Shown here: one piece after another, positions 49,764 through 59,754 of the stretch
Layout of the letters: each line of letters starts with the position of its first letter
Numbering within the stretch: the first letter of the stretch is position 1
Assembly: GCF_003334255.1 (NCBI RefSeq)
Contig: NZ_QOWU01000004.1
DNA length: 64,000 nt
Reading direction: 5' to 3' (one strand)
DNA from: Escherichia coli
Lineage (GTDB): Bacteria > Pseudomonadota > Gammaproteobacteria > Enterobacterales > Enterobacteriaceae
The notes under the pieces: generated by a model
Told to the model about the DNA's origin: nothing
The model's input: the letters and a program-made list of their open reading frames with translations, nothing else
The model's database searches: none
Translations under genes and position numbers: made by a program

Positions 49764-50123
49764 TTATTGTTCGCCTACAAAGCTGACAAAGCGCGTTCCT
49801 TTATAGCTCAGCGTACCTTTATCGCCCACTGTCAGGGCGTGGTACTGCTGGGCGTCGAGGCGAAACGTCTGCTCCATTCCTCCGCTTTGCGGTTTGAAGC
49901 TTGCCCCATAGCGTATACTGGTGCCTGCCGGAGTCACTTCCTGCTGGCGCGAACGGCGATCGTTAATCGGTTTTTCCCGCTTGTTGCTCACCACCACCAG
50001 CTTTTGCTGGAGCGGAGCCATATCATTATCAGCTTTTTCCCGTCGCTGTTGCATAAAACGAAACGATGCGGCGACGACAATTAAGCCAATGATAACAATA
50101 AAGAAAAGAGGTGGTTTGCTCAT
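49764..50123 (-). CDS. yhhM: small membrane-anchored protein of unknown function
   Basis: 119-aa ORF with an N-terminal TM helix. Confidence 0.8.
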   Translation of the reverse strand: MSKPPLFFIVIIGLIVVAASFRFMQQRREKADNDMAPLQQKLVVVSNKREKPINDRRSRQQEVTPAGTSIRYGASFKPQSGGMEQTFRLDAQQYHALTVGDKGTLSYKGTRFVSFVGEQ

Positions 50124-50263
50124 CTTTATCCCTCATCGGAAAATGCGGAAATAAGCATACCCTGCCAGTTATGGTGTTGTCATCCGTCCACCCTCGCCAC
50201 TAAACTGGAAGCAAGACCGTAGGCATTCCGCTTACGAAAAAATAACGAATTCAAGGAACTAAG

Positions 50264-50890
50264 ATGCTTTGGTCGTTTATCGCTGTCTGTCTTTCCGCAT
50301 GGCTATCTGTGGATGCATCGTATCGTGGGCCAACCTGGCAACGCTGGGTGTTTAAACCGTTAACCCTTCTTCTCCTGCTGTTACTGGCCTGGCAAGCGCC
50401 GATGTTCGACGCCATTAGCTATCTGGTGCTGGCAGGGCTGTGCGCCTCACTGCTGGGCGATGCGCTAACCCTGTTGCCACGTCAACGTCTGATGTACGCC
50501 ATCGGCGCGTTTTTCCTCTCGCACCTGCTGTACACCATCTATTTCGCCAGTCAGATGACGCTCTCTTTCTTCTGGCCTCTACCACTGGTGCTGCTGGTTC
50601 TGGGTGCGCTGTTACTGGCGATTATCTGGACGCGCCTGGAAGAGTACCGTTGGCCTATCTGCACGTTTATCGGCATGACGCTGGTGATGGTGTGGCTGGC
50701 AGGTGAACTGTGGTTCTTCCGTCCGACCGCTCCGGCGCTCTCTGCGTTTGTTGGCGCTTCGTTGCTGTTTATCAGTAACTTTGTCTGGCTGGGGAGCCAC
50801 TATCGCCGACGCTTCCGTGCGGATAACGCGATTGCTGCGGCCTGCTACTTTGCCGGTCACTTCCTGATCGTCCGCTCGCTGTATCTCTGA
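50264..50890 (+). CDS. yhhN: YhhN-family polytopic membrane protein
   Basis: 208-aa hydrophobic ORF directly upstream of zntA. Confidence 0.85.
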
Positions 50891-50895
50891 TAAAA

Positions 50896-50928
50896 CTTGA
50901 CTCTGGAGTCGACTCCAGAGTGTATCCT
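50896..50928 (+). promoter_or_regulatory. ZntR (MerR-type) regulated zntA promoter
   Basis: -35 TTGACT and -10 TATCCT separated by 20 bp, spanning a perfect 22-bp palindrome ACTCTGGAGTCGACTCCAGAGT. Confidence 0.8.
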
Positions 50929-50963
50929 TCGGTTAATGAGAAAAAACTTAACCGGAGGATGCC

Positions 50964-53162
50964 ATGTCGACTCCTGACAATCACGGCAAGAAAGCCCCTC
51001 AATTTGCTGCGTTCAAACCGCTAACCACGGTACAGAACGCCAACGACTGTTGCTGCGACGGCGCATGTTCCAGCACGCCAACTCTCTCTGAAAACGTCTC
51101 CGGCACCCGCTATAGCTGGAAAGTCAGCGGCATGGACTGCGCCGCCTGTGCGCGCAAGGTAGAAAATGCCGTGCGCCAGCTTGCAGGCGTGAATCAGGTG
51201 CAGGTGTTGTTCGCCACCGAAAAACTGGTGGTCGATGCCGACAATGACATTCGTGCACAAGTTGAATCTGCGCTGCAAAAAGCAGGCTATTCCCTGCGCG
51301 ATGAACAGGCCGCCGAAGAACCGCAAGCATCACGCCTGAAAGAGAATCTGCCGCTGATTACGCTAATCGTGATGATGGCAATCAGCTGGGGTCTGGAGCA
51401 GTTCAATCATCCGTTCGGGCAACTGGCGTTTATCGCGACCACGCTGGTTGGGCTGTACCCGATTGCTCGTCAGGCATTACGGTTGATCAAATCCGGCAGC
51501 TACTTCGCCATTGAAACCTTAATGAGCGTAGCCGCTATTGGTGCACTGTTTATTGGCGCAACGGCTGAAGCTGCGATGGTGTTGCTGCTGTTTTTGATTG
51601 GTGAACGACTGGAAGGCTGGGCCGCCAGCCGCGCGCGTCAGGGCGTTAGCGCGTTAATGGCGCTGAAACCAGAAACCGCCACGCGCCTGCGTAAGGGTGA
51701 GCGGGAAGAGGTGGCGATTAACAGCCTGCGCCCTGGCGATGTGATTGAAGTCGCCGCAGGTGGGCGTTTGCCTGCCGACGGTAAACTGCTCTCACCGTTT
51801 GCCAGTTTTGATGAAAGCGCCCTGACCGGCGAATCCATTCCGGTGGAGCGCGCAACGGGCGATAAAGTCCCTGCTGGTGCCACCAGCGTAGACCGTCTGG
51901 TGACGTTGGAAGTGCTGTCAGAACCGGGAGCCAGCGCCATTGACCGGATTCTGAAACTGATCGAAGAAGCCGAAGAGCGTCGCGCTCCCATTGAGCGGTT
52001 TATCGACCGTTTCAGCCGTATCTATACGCCCGCGATTATGGCCGTCGCTCTGCTGGTGACGCTGGTGCCACCGCTGCTGTTTGCCGCCAGCTGGCAGGAG
52101 TGGATTTATAAAGGGCTGACGCTGCTGCTGATTGGCTGCCCGTGTGCGTTAGTTATCTCAACGCCTGCGGCGATTACCTCCGGGCTGGCGGCGGCAGCGC
52201 GTCGTGGGGCGTTGATTAAAGGCGGAGCGGCGCTGGAACAGCTGGGTCGTGTTACTCAGGTGGCGTTTGATAAAACCGGTACGCTGACCGTCGGTAAACC
52301 GCGCGTTACCGCGATTCATCCGGCAACGGGTATTAGTGAATCTGAACTGCTGACACTGGCGGCGGCGGTCGAGCAAGGCGCGACGCATCCACTGGCGCAA
52401 GCCATCGTACGCGAAGCACAGGTTGCTGAACTCGCCATTCCCACCGCCGAATCACAGCGGGCGCTGGTCGGGTCTGGCATTGAAGCGCAGGTTAACGGTG
52501 AGCGCGTATTGATTTGCGCTGCCGGGAAACATCCCGCTGATGCATTTACTGGTTTAATTAACGAACTGGAAAGCGCCGGGCAAACGGTAGTGCTGGTAGT
52601 ACGTAACGATGACGTGCTTGGTGTCATTGCGTTACAGGATACCCTGCGCGCCGATGCTGCAACTGCCATCAGTGAACTGAACGCGCTGGGCGTCAAAGGG
52701 GTGATCCTCACCGGCGATAATCCACGCGCAGCGGCGGCAATTGCCGGGGAGCTGGGGCTGGAGTTTAAAGCGGGCCTGTTGCCGGAAGATAAAGTCAAAG
52801 CGGTGACCGAGCTGAATCAACATGCGCCGCTGGCGATGGTCGGTGACGGTATTAACGACGCGCCAGCGATGAAAGCTGCCGCCATCGGGATTGCAATGGG
52901 TAGCGGCACAGACGTGGCGCTGGAAACCGCCGACGCAGCATTAACCCATAACCACCTGCGCGGCCTGGTGCAAATGATTGAACTGGCACGCGCCACTCAC
53001 GCCAATATCCGCCAGAACATCACTATTGCGCTGGGGCTGAAAGGGATCTTCCTCGTCACCACGCTGTTAGGGATGACCGGGTTGTGGCTGGCAGTGCTGG
53101 CAGATACGGGGGCGACGGTGCTGGTGACAGCGAATGCGTTAAGATTGTTGCGCAGGAGATAA
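50964..53162 (+). CDS. zntA: Zn(II)/Cd(II)/Pb(II)-translocating P-type ATPase
   Basis: 732-aa ORF with CCCDGAC and GMDCAAC metal-binding motifs, CPC motif and DKTGTLT phosphorylation site. Confidence 0.97.
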   Translation: MSTPDNHGKKAPQFAAFKPLTTVQNANDCCCDGACSSTPTLSENVSGTRYSWKVSGMDCAACARKVENAVRQLAGVNQVQVLFATEKLVVDADNDIRAQVESALQKAGYSLRDEQAAEEPQASRLKENLPLITLIVMMAISWGLEQFNHPFGQLAFIATTLVGLYPIARQALRLIKSGSYFAIETLMSVAAIGALFIGATAEAAMVLLLFLIGERLEGWAASRARQGVSALMALKPETATRLRKGEREEVAINSLRPGDVIEVAAGGRLPADGKLLSPFASFDESALTGESIPVERATGDKVPAGATSVDRLVTLEVLSEPGASAIDRILKLIEEAEERRAPIERFIDRFSRIYTPAIMAVALLVTLVPPLLFAASWQEWIYKGLTLLLIGCPCALVISTPAAITSGLAAAARRGALIKGGAALEQLGRVTQVAFDKTGTLTVGKPRVTAIHPATGISESELLTLAAAVEQGATHPLAQAIVREAQVAELAIPTAESQRALVGSGIEAQVNGERVLICAAGKHPADAFTGLINELESAGQTVVLVVRNDDVLGVIALQDTLRADAATAISELNALGVKGVILTGDNPRAAAAIAGELGLEFKAGLLPEDKVKAVTELNQHAPLAMVGDGINDAPAMKAAAIGIAMGSGTDVALETADAALTHNHLRGLVQMIELARATHANIRQNITIALGLKGIFLVTTLLGMTGLWLAVLADTGATVLVTANALRLLRRR

Positions 53163-53262
53163 GGCAAACCGATCGCAACATTGAGCGCGATCGGTCCCCT
53201 CGCCCCTCTGGGGAGAGGGTTAGGGTGAGGGGAAAAGGCGGCATCGAAGCCAATCAGCCCCT
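53163..53262. repeat. GC-rich intergenic palindromic repeat (box C-like; family name uncertain)
   Basis: CCGATCGC-N8-GCGATCGG hairpin then CCCCTCTGGGGAGAGGGTTAGGGTGAGGGG; lies between convergent zntA and tusA. Confidence 0.4.
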
Positions 53263-53263
53263 A

Positions 53264-53509
53264 TCAACCGCCTTTACGAATCAAATAACGATAAGGCAGT
53301 CCATCCGTCTCTTTAGCAACCAGTTCGTGTTCCATAAAGGTACAAAACCCAGGAATATCGCGGGTAGTGGCCGGATCGTCGGCGATAATCAGCAACGTTT
53401 CGCCAGGCTGCATATTGCGCACGGTTTTGCGCACCATCATCACCGGTTCCGGGCAGCGCAGGCCAAGCGCGTCGAGTGTGTGGTCAGGGCTGGAAAAGAG
53501 ATCGGTCAT
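53264..53509 (-). CDS. tusA: sulfur carrier protein TusA
   Basis: 81-aa ORF with the conserved [11 protein letters not shown] motif. Confidence 0.93.
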
Positions 53510-53729
53510 TTTCTTCTCATCACTTAAAAAAACGGCGCTAGTTTACGCCCTGTGAGTCCGTAAGCAAACTAGGTTAACGATTGCGTGAAAATTAACCATT
53601 GCATTGTCAACGTAAAGCAGTATCATGCGGCGGCTCGAAAAAAGGGTAAGCACGTTATTATGTTAAGGTAACAGACGTGTCGTACGTATTGGGTTCCCTC
53701 ACCCCAATGGTTAATCAAAAAGGTACAAT

Positions 53730-54395
53730 ATGAACGTTTTCTCGCAAACTCAACGCTATAAGGCGTTGTTCTGGTTATCGTTATTTCATCTGCTGGTGAT
53801 CACCTCCAGTAACTATCTGGTTCAGCTTCCCGTCTCCATTTTGGGTTTCCATACCACCTGGGGCGCGTTTAGCTTTCCGTTTATTTTTCTTGCTACCGAC
53901 CTGACCGTGCGTATTTTTGGCGCACCGCTGGCCCGACGCATTATCTTCGCGGTAATGATCCCTGCGTTATTAATCTCCTACGTCATCTCGTCGCTATTCT
54001 ATATGGGTTCCTGGCAGGGATTCGGCGCACTCGCCCACTTCAACCTGTTTGTCGCCCGTATCGCCACCGCCAGTTTCATGGCCTACGCGCTGGGGCAAAT
54101 CCTCGACGTGCACGTTTTTAACCGCCTGCGTCAGAGTCGCCGCTGGTGGCTGGCACCGACAGCGTCCACACTGTTCGGTAACGTCAGCGACACGCTGGCC
54201 TTTTTCTTCATTGCCTTCTGGCGTAGCCCGGATGCCTTTATGGCTGAACACTGGATGGAAATCGCGCTGGTCGATTACTGTTTCAAAGTGTTAATCAGTA
54301 TCGTTTTCTTCCTGCCAATGTATGGCGTATTACTCAATATGCTGTTGAAAAGACTGGCAGATAAATCCGAAATCAACGCTTTGCAGGCGAGTTAA
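53730..54395 (+). CDS. yhhQ: queuosine precursor transporter
   Basis: 221-aa membrane ORF recognised as YhhQ. Confidence 0.9.
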   Translation: MNVFSQTQRYKALFWLSLFHLLVITSSNYLVQLPVSILGFHTTWGAFSFPFIFLATDLTVRIFGAPLARRIIFAVMIPALLISYVISSLFYMGSWQGFGALAHFNLFVARIATASFMAYALGQILDVHVFNRLRQSRRWWLAPTASTLFGNVSDTLAFFFIAFWRSPDAFMAEHWMEIALVDYCFKVLISIVFFLPMYGVLLNMLLKRLADKSEINALQAS

Positions 54396-54467
54396 AGGTT
54401 CGTTATCAGAGTTGTGATAAGATGGATGAATGAGCCGTTATGGCCGTTTATCGAAAGGAAGAAGTCA

Positions 54468-55025
54468 ATGCGCAATCTGGTTAAATATGTCGGAATTGGC
54501 CTGCTGGTTATGGGGCTTGCGGCCTGTGATGATAAAGACACTAACGCTACGGCGCAGGGTTCGGTCGCGGAAAGTAACGCTACCGGGAATCCCGTCAACC
54601 TGCTTGATGGCAAGTTAAGTTTCTCGCTGCCAGCGGATATGACCGACCAGAGCGGTAAGCTGGGAACGCAGGCCAATAACATGCATGTCTGGTCCGACGC
54701 CACCGGGCAGAAAGCAGTCATCGTCATCATGGGCGATGATCCGAAAGAAGATCTGGCGGTGCTGGCGAAGCGTCTGGAAGATCAGCAACGTAGCCGCGAT
54801 CCGCAGCTGCAAGTGGTAACCAATAAAGCCATTGAGCTGAAAGGTCACAAAATGCAGCAGTTAGACAGTATTATCTCCGCGAAAGGCCAGACGGCGTACT
54901 CTTCCGTTATTCTGGGTAACGTGGGTAATCAACTGCTGACCATGCAAATTACGCTGCCCGCTGACGATCAGCAAAAAGCGCAGACCACCGCAGAAAACAT
55001 CATTAATACGCTGGTTATTCAGTAA
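54468..55025 (+). CDS. dcrB: periplasmic lipoprotein DcrB
   Basis: ORF track 54414..55025; start trimmed to [20 protein letters not shown] (185 aa, lipobox LAAC). Confidence 0.9.
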
Positions 55026-55028
55026 GTT

Positions 55029-56246
55029 TTAAGATGATGAGGCGGCCTCAGGGACGTGTTCCGGAGGCCGTTTTTTTAATCGCCACGTCAGTAATAACGC
55101 GATTGCGACCAGTCCCGCCGCCGCCAGATAAATCACCGGTACGCCCGCCCAGCTCATCACCAGCCCAGCCAGTGGTCCAGTCACGCCAAGCGATAAATCC
55201 ATAAATACGGTGTAAGTTGCCAGCGCCGCCCCCTGATTTTGCTGCGGAACCGCTTTTACCGCCACTACACCCAATGCCGGGAACACCAGCGAAAACCCGG
55301 CCCCCGCCAGTAAGACGCCGATTTTCGCCATCCACGGCATAGTCGCCACGCCAACCAGTAGCAGGCCGATTATCTCAACGCTAAAGCAAATCATCGCTAC
55401 GTTTAAGCCACCGATACGGTTAATGCCGTTAGGGAATAACAAACGCGTACCGACAAACGCACAGCTAAACAGCGTCAGCGCGAAAGCCGCACCGTCCCAA
55501 CCTTTAGCGTCATAAAACAGCGTGATAAAGGTGGCGATGACGCCAAATCCGGCGGAAGCCAGTGCCAGCGCCATACCGTACAGCCAGACGCGCCCAAGCA
55601 CCGCGCGAAACGGCAGCGGTTTGCCTTTACTGGCTTTTACCGTCGGACGCGGGATCGCCAACAAAATGGCCACCAGCGCCACGCCCATAATGATTAACGC
55701 TAACGCCTGCAAGCCGCCCCAGTGATAAAACACGACGCCTAACGGCGCACCCATCGCCATCGCCCCGTAAGTGACAATGCCGTTCCACGAAATCACCCGC
55801 CCGATATGCAGCGAGCCAACCACGCCAACGCCCCATAGGGTCGATCCCGTTCCGGCAAAACTTTGCCCAATCCCAAGGATGACGCGCCCCAGGCAAAGTA
55901 ATAACAGGCTGATGACAGGCAGACTGGCGGTTAATCCTGCCGTCAGATACCCCAGACCGCTCAAAAAGCAGCCGCATAAACCGAAGACGACAATCTTTTT
56001 GGGTCCCAGCGAATCGGCGTAACGTCCGGCATGAGGGCGGCTCAGCAAGGTGGCGAAATATTGCAGGCTGATAACCAATCCTGCCCAGAAGGCGCTAAAG
56101 CCCATCACATCATGGACATAGCCCGGTAATACAGCGAGCGGCAACCCGATGGTGAGGTAGCTGGCGAAGTTAAACATGACTATAGAGACAATGCGCAAAT
56201 TCAGGCGCAATCCGTTTAGCGCGGGTTCGGCTACGGGTTCGGGCAT
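55029..56246 (-). CDS. yhhS: MFS transporter
   Basis: ORF track 55029..56288; start trimmed to MPEPVAEPALNGLRLNL (405 aa). Confidence 0.9.
   Translation of the reverse strand: MPEPVAEPALNGLRLNLRIVSIVMFNFASYLTIGLPLAVLPGYVHDVMGFSAFWAGLVISLQYFATLLSRPHAGRYADSLGPKKIVVFGLCGCFLSGLGYLTAGLTASLPVISLLLLCLGRVILGIGQSFAGTGSTLWGVGVVGSLHIGRVISWNGIVTYGAMAMGAPLGVVFYHWGGLQALALIIMGVALVAILLAIPRPTVKASKGKPLPFRAVLGRVWLYGMALALASAGFGVIATFITLFYDAKGWDGAAFALTLFSCAFVGTRLLFPNGINRIGGLNVAMICFSVEIIGLLLVGVATMPWMAKIGVLLAGAGFSLVFPALGVVAVKAVPQQNQGAALATYTVFMDLSLGVTGPLAGLVMSWAGVPVIYLAAAGLVAIALLLTWRLKKRPPEHVPEAASSS
55043..55077 (+). terminator. intrinsic terminator of dcrB, lying inside the 3' end of convergent yhhS
   Basis: Hairpin CGGCCTCAGG-N8-CCGGAGGCCG followed by TTTTTTT, 18 bp after the dcrB stop. 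Confidence 0.7.
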
Positions 56247-56377
56247 GAGGATCACCACATTTTTACAACAGTGTTTCATTTTTACCACGTGCTGACGTGA
56301 AAATCAGCAGTAAGAATCAGAATATTGCTGGCGTGACTCCCGCTACACTTAATACAAAAAGTCACAAGGAAGCCCCA

Positions 56378-57427
56378 ATGGAAACCCCTCAACCCGATAA
56401 AACGGGCATGCACATTCTGCTCAAGCTGGTCTCGCTGGTAGTGATCCTCGCGGGCATTCACGCAGCGGCAGATATCATTGTGCAGCTGTTACTGGCGCTG
56501 TTTTTTGCCATCGTCCTCAACCCGCTCGTCACCTGGTTTATTCGTCGGGGAGTACAACGCCCCGTTGCCATTACGATTGTAGTGGTGGTGATGCTGATCG
56601 CACTAACCGCGCTGGTCGGCGTACTGGCGGCATCGTTTAACGAATTTATCTCTATGCTGCCGAAGTTTAATAAGGAGCTGACGCGCAAACTTTTTAAATT
56701 GCAGGAGATGTTGCCTTTTCTTAATTTGCATATGTCGCCGGAGCGAATGCTGCAGCGGATGGACTCGGAAAAAGTGGTTACCTTCACCACAGCGCTAATG
56801 ACCGGGCTTTCCGGGGCAATGGCGAGCGTGCTTTTGCTGGTGATGACCGTAGTTTTTATGCTGTTTGAAGTGCGCCACGTCCCTTACAAAATGCGTTTTG
56901 CGCTGAATAATCCACAGATTCACATCGCGGGATTACACCGCGCACTTAAAGGCGTTTCGCACTATCTTGCATTGAAGACGCTACTCAGTTTATGGACAGG
57001 TGTCATCGTCTGGCTGGGGCTGGAGCTGATGGGGGTGCAGTTTGCGCTGATGTGGGCAGTACTGGCGTTTTTGCTCAACTACGTGCCCAATATCGGCGCG
57101 GTAATTTCCGCCGTACCGCCAATGATTCAGGTGCTGCTGTTTAATGGTGTTTACGAATGTATTCTGGTCGGCGCATTGTTTTTAGTGGTCCATATGGTCA
57201 TCGGCAATATTTTAGAACCACGGATGATGGGCCATCGCCTGGGGATGTCCACCATGGTGGTATTTCTTTCATTGTTAATTTGGGGATGGCTGCTCGGCCC
57301 GGTAGGGATGCTACTTTCGGTGCCATTAACCAGCGTGTGTAAAATCTGGATGGAAACCACCAAAGGCGGTAGCAAACTGGCGATTTTACTGGGGCCGGGC
57401 AGACCGAAAAGTCGGTTACCGGGATGA
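56378..57427 (+). CDS. yhhT: AI-2E/PerM-family membrane transporter
   Basis: ORF track 56297..57427; start trimmed to METPQPDKTGMHILL (349 aa). Confidence 0.88.
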   Translation: METPQPDKTGMHILLKLVSLVVILAGIHAAADIIVQLLLALFFAIVLNPLVTWFIRRGVQRPVAITIVVVVMLIALTALVGVLAASFNEFISMLPKFNKELTRKLFKLQEMLPFLNLHMSPERMLQRMDSEKVVTFTTALMTGLSGAMASVLLLVMTVVFMLFEVRHVPYKMRFALNNPQIHIAGLHRALKGVSHYLALKTLLSLWTGVIVWLGLELMGVQFALMWAVLAFLLNYVPNIGAVISAVPPMIQVLLFNGVYECILVGALFLVVHMVIGNILEPRMMGHRLGMSTMVVFLSLLIWGWLLGPVGMLLSVPLTSVCKIWMETTKGGSKLAILLGPGRPKSRLPG

Positions 57428-57481
57428 GGCGACAAGTGATACGATACGCACTTTCATTTTCCATTAAACGTTGGCCCTGAT

Positions 57482-58069
57482 ATGTATCGGATAGTTCTGG
57501 GGAAAGTTTCGACCTTAAGCGCAGCTCCACTGCCACCGGGTTTACGCGAGCAAGCACCGCAAGGTCCACGACGCGAACGCTGGCTGGCGGGGCGTGCATT
57601 GCTTTCGCACACGCTTTCCCCGCTACCGGAGATCATCTATGGCGAACAAGGCAAACCTGCATTTGCGCCGGAAATGCCGCTATGGTTCAACTTAAGCCAT
57701 AGCGGTGACGATATCGCCCTGCTGTTGAGTGATGAAGGCGAAGTCGGCTGCGATATCGAAGTGATTCGCCCGCGCGCCAACTGGCGCTGGCTGGCGAACG
57801 CCGTATTCAGCCTCGGGGAACACGCTGAGATGGACGCCGTGCATCCTGATCAGCAACTGGAAATGTTCTGGCGCATCTGGACGCGCAAAGAAGCCATCGT
57901 TAAACAGCGTGGCGGCAGCGCCTGGCAAATCGTCAGCGTAGACAGCACCTATCACTCCTCGCTGTCAGTCAGCCATTGTCAGCTTGAAAATTTAAGCCTT
58001 GCGATCTGCACCCCTACTCCCTTTACGCTCACCGCCGACAGTGTGCAATGGATCGATTCAGTTAACTGA
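57482..58069 (+). CDS. acpT: 4'-phosphopantetheinyl transferase
   Basis: 195-aa ORF recognised as AcpT. Confidence 0.9.
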   Translation: MYRIVLGKVSTLSAAPLPPGLREQAPQGPRRERWLAGRALLSHTLSPLPEIIYGEQGKPAFAPEMPLWFNLSHSGDDIALLLSDEGEVGCDIEVIRPRANWRWLANAVFSLGEHAEMDAVHPDQQLEMFWRIWTRKEAIVKQRGGSAWQIVSVDSTYHSSLSVSHCQLENLSLAICTPTPFTLTADSVQWIDSVN

Positions 58070-58114
58070 TCCGCCCACCCGACTGCCCATCTATTGATCC
58101 AGAACAGGTAATCA

Positions 58115-58142
58115 GTATGACGAATACTTAAAATCGTCATAC
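58115..58142. promoter_or_regulatory. NikR operator at the nikA promoter
   Basis: GTATGA-N16-TCATAC dyad, about 40 bp upstream of the nikA start. Confidence 0.85.
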
Positions 58143-58179
58143 TTATTTCCGCCATCTATTTTAATCCATTGGGGTTACC

Positions 58180-59754
58180 ATGCTCTCCACACTCCGCCGC
58201 ACTCTATTTGCGCTGCTGGCTTGTGCGTCTTTTATCGTCCATGCCGCTGCACCAGATGAAATCACCACCGCCTGGCCGGTGAATGTCGGGCCACTAAACC
58301 CGCACCTTTACACGCCTAACCAGATGTTCGCCCAGAGCATGGTTTATGAACCATTGGTGAAATATCAGGCAGACGGTTCGGTGATCCCGTGGCTGGCAAA
58401 AAGCTGGACTCATTCAGAAGATGGTAAAACCTGGACCTTCACCCTGCGTGATGACGTGAAATTCTCCAACGGTGAACCGTTCGATGCCGAGGCGGCGGCA
58501 GAAAACTTCCGCGCAGTGCTCGATAACCGTCAACGTCACGCCTGGCTGGAGCTGGCAAACCAGATTGTTGATGTTAAAGCACTCAGTAAAACAGAGCTGC
58601 AAATTACCCTGAAAAGCGCCTACTATCCTTTCCTGCAAGAACTGGCCCTGCCCCGTCCTTTCCGTTTTATCGCTCCCTCGCAGTTTAAAAACCATGAAAC
58701 CATGAACGGAATTAAAGCGCCGATTGGCACCGGACCGTGGATTTTGCAGGAATCGAAACTGAATCAGTACGATGTCTTCGTCCGTAACGAAAACTACTGG
58801 GGCGAAAAGCCAGCGATTAAAAAGATCACCTTTAACGTCATCCCGGACCCGACTACCCGCGCGGTGGCGTTTGAAACTGGCGATATCGACCTGCTGTACG
58901 GAAACGAAGGGTTATTACCGCTCGATACCTTCGCCCGCTTTAGCCAGAATCCGTCTTACCACACCCAACTGTCACAGCCGATCGAAACCGTGATGCTGGC
59001 GCTCAATACCGCCAAAGCCCCCACCAACGAGCTGGCAGTACGTGAAGCTCTTAATTACGCGGTAAACAAAAAATCGCTGATTGATAACGCGTTGTATGGC
59101 ACCCAGCAGGTCGCCGACACCCTGTTTGCCCCTTCTGTGCCCTACGCCAACCTCGGCCTGAAACCGAGCCAGTACGATCCGCAAAAAGCGAAAGCGTTGC
59201 TGGAAAAAGCCGGTTGGACGCTGCCTGCGGGCAAAGACATCCGCGAGAAAAATGGTCAGCCGCTGCGCATTGAACTTTCGTTCATCGGCACCGATGCGTT
59301 AAGCAAATCGATGGCGGAAATCATTCAGGCTGATATGCGCCAGATTGGCGCAGATGTCTCGCTGATTGGCGAAGAAGAGAGCAGTATCTATGCTCGTCAG
59401 CGCGACGGTCGTTTTGGCATGATTTTCCACCGCACCTGGGGCGCGCCATATGATCCACACGCCTTCCTCAGTTCAATGCGCGTACCGTCACACGCTGACT
59501 TCCAGGCACAGCAAGGATTAGCCGACAAACCGCTGATTGATAAAGAGATCGGCGAAGTGCTGGCGACCCATGACGAAACGCAACGTCAGGCGCTGTATCG
59601 CGACATTCTGACCCGTCTGCATGACGAGGCGGTTTATCTGCCTATCAGTTACATCTCAATGATGGTGGTATCAAAACCGGAGCTGGGTAACATCCCCTAC
59701 GCGCCGATCGCCACCGAAATTCCGTTCGAACAGATTAAACCGGTGAAACCTTAA
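58180..59754 (+). CDS. nikA: periplasmic nickel-binding protein
   Basis: 524-aa ORF with signal peptide. Confidence 0.95.

Noticed and set aside
53056-53527. ORFs 53056..53253 (-) and 53084..53527 (+) crossing the zntA-tusA gap
   Set aside because: Their translations (LTLTLSPEGRGD etc.) arise from the GC-rich repeat element, and the plus-strand ORF is antisense to tusA.
53510-53729. Possible riboswitch in the 220-nt yhhQ leader (YhhQ imports queuosine precursors)
   Set aside because: I could not recognise a preQ1 aptamer consensus in the leader by eye; it would need a covariance-model search to claim.
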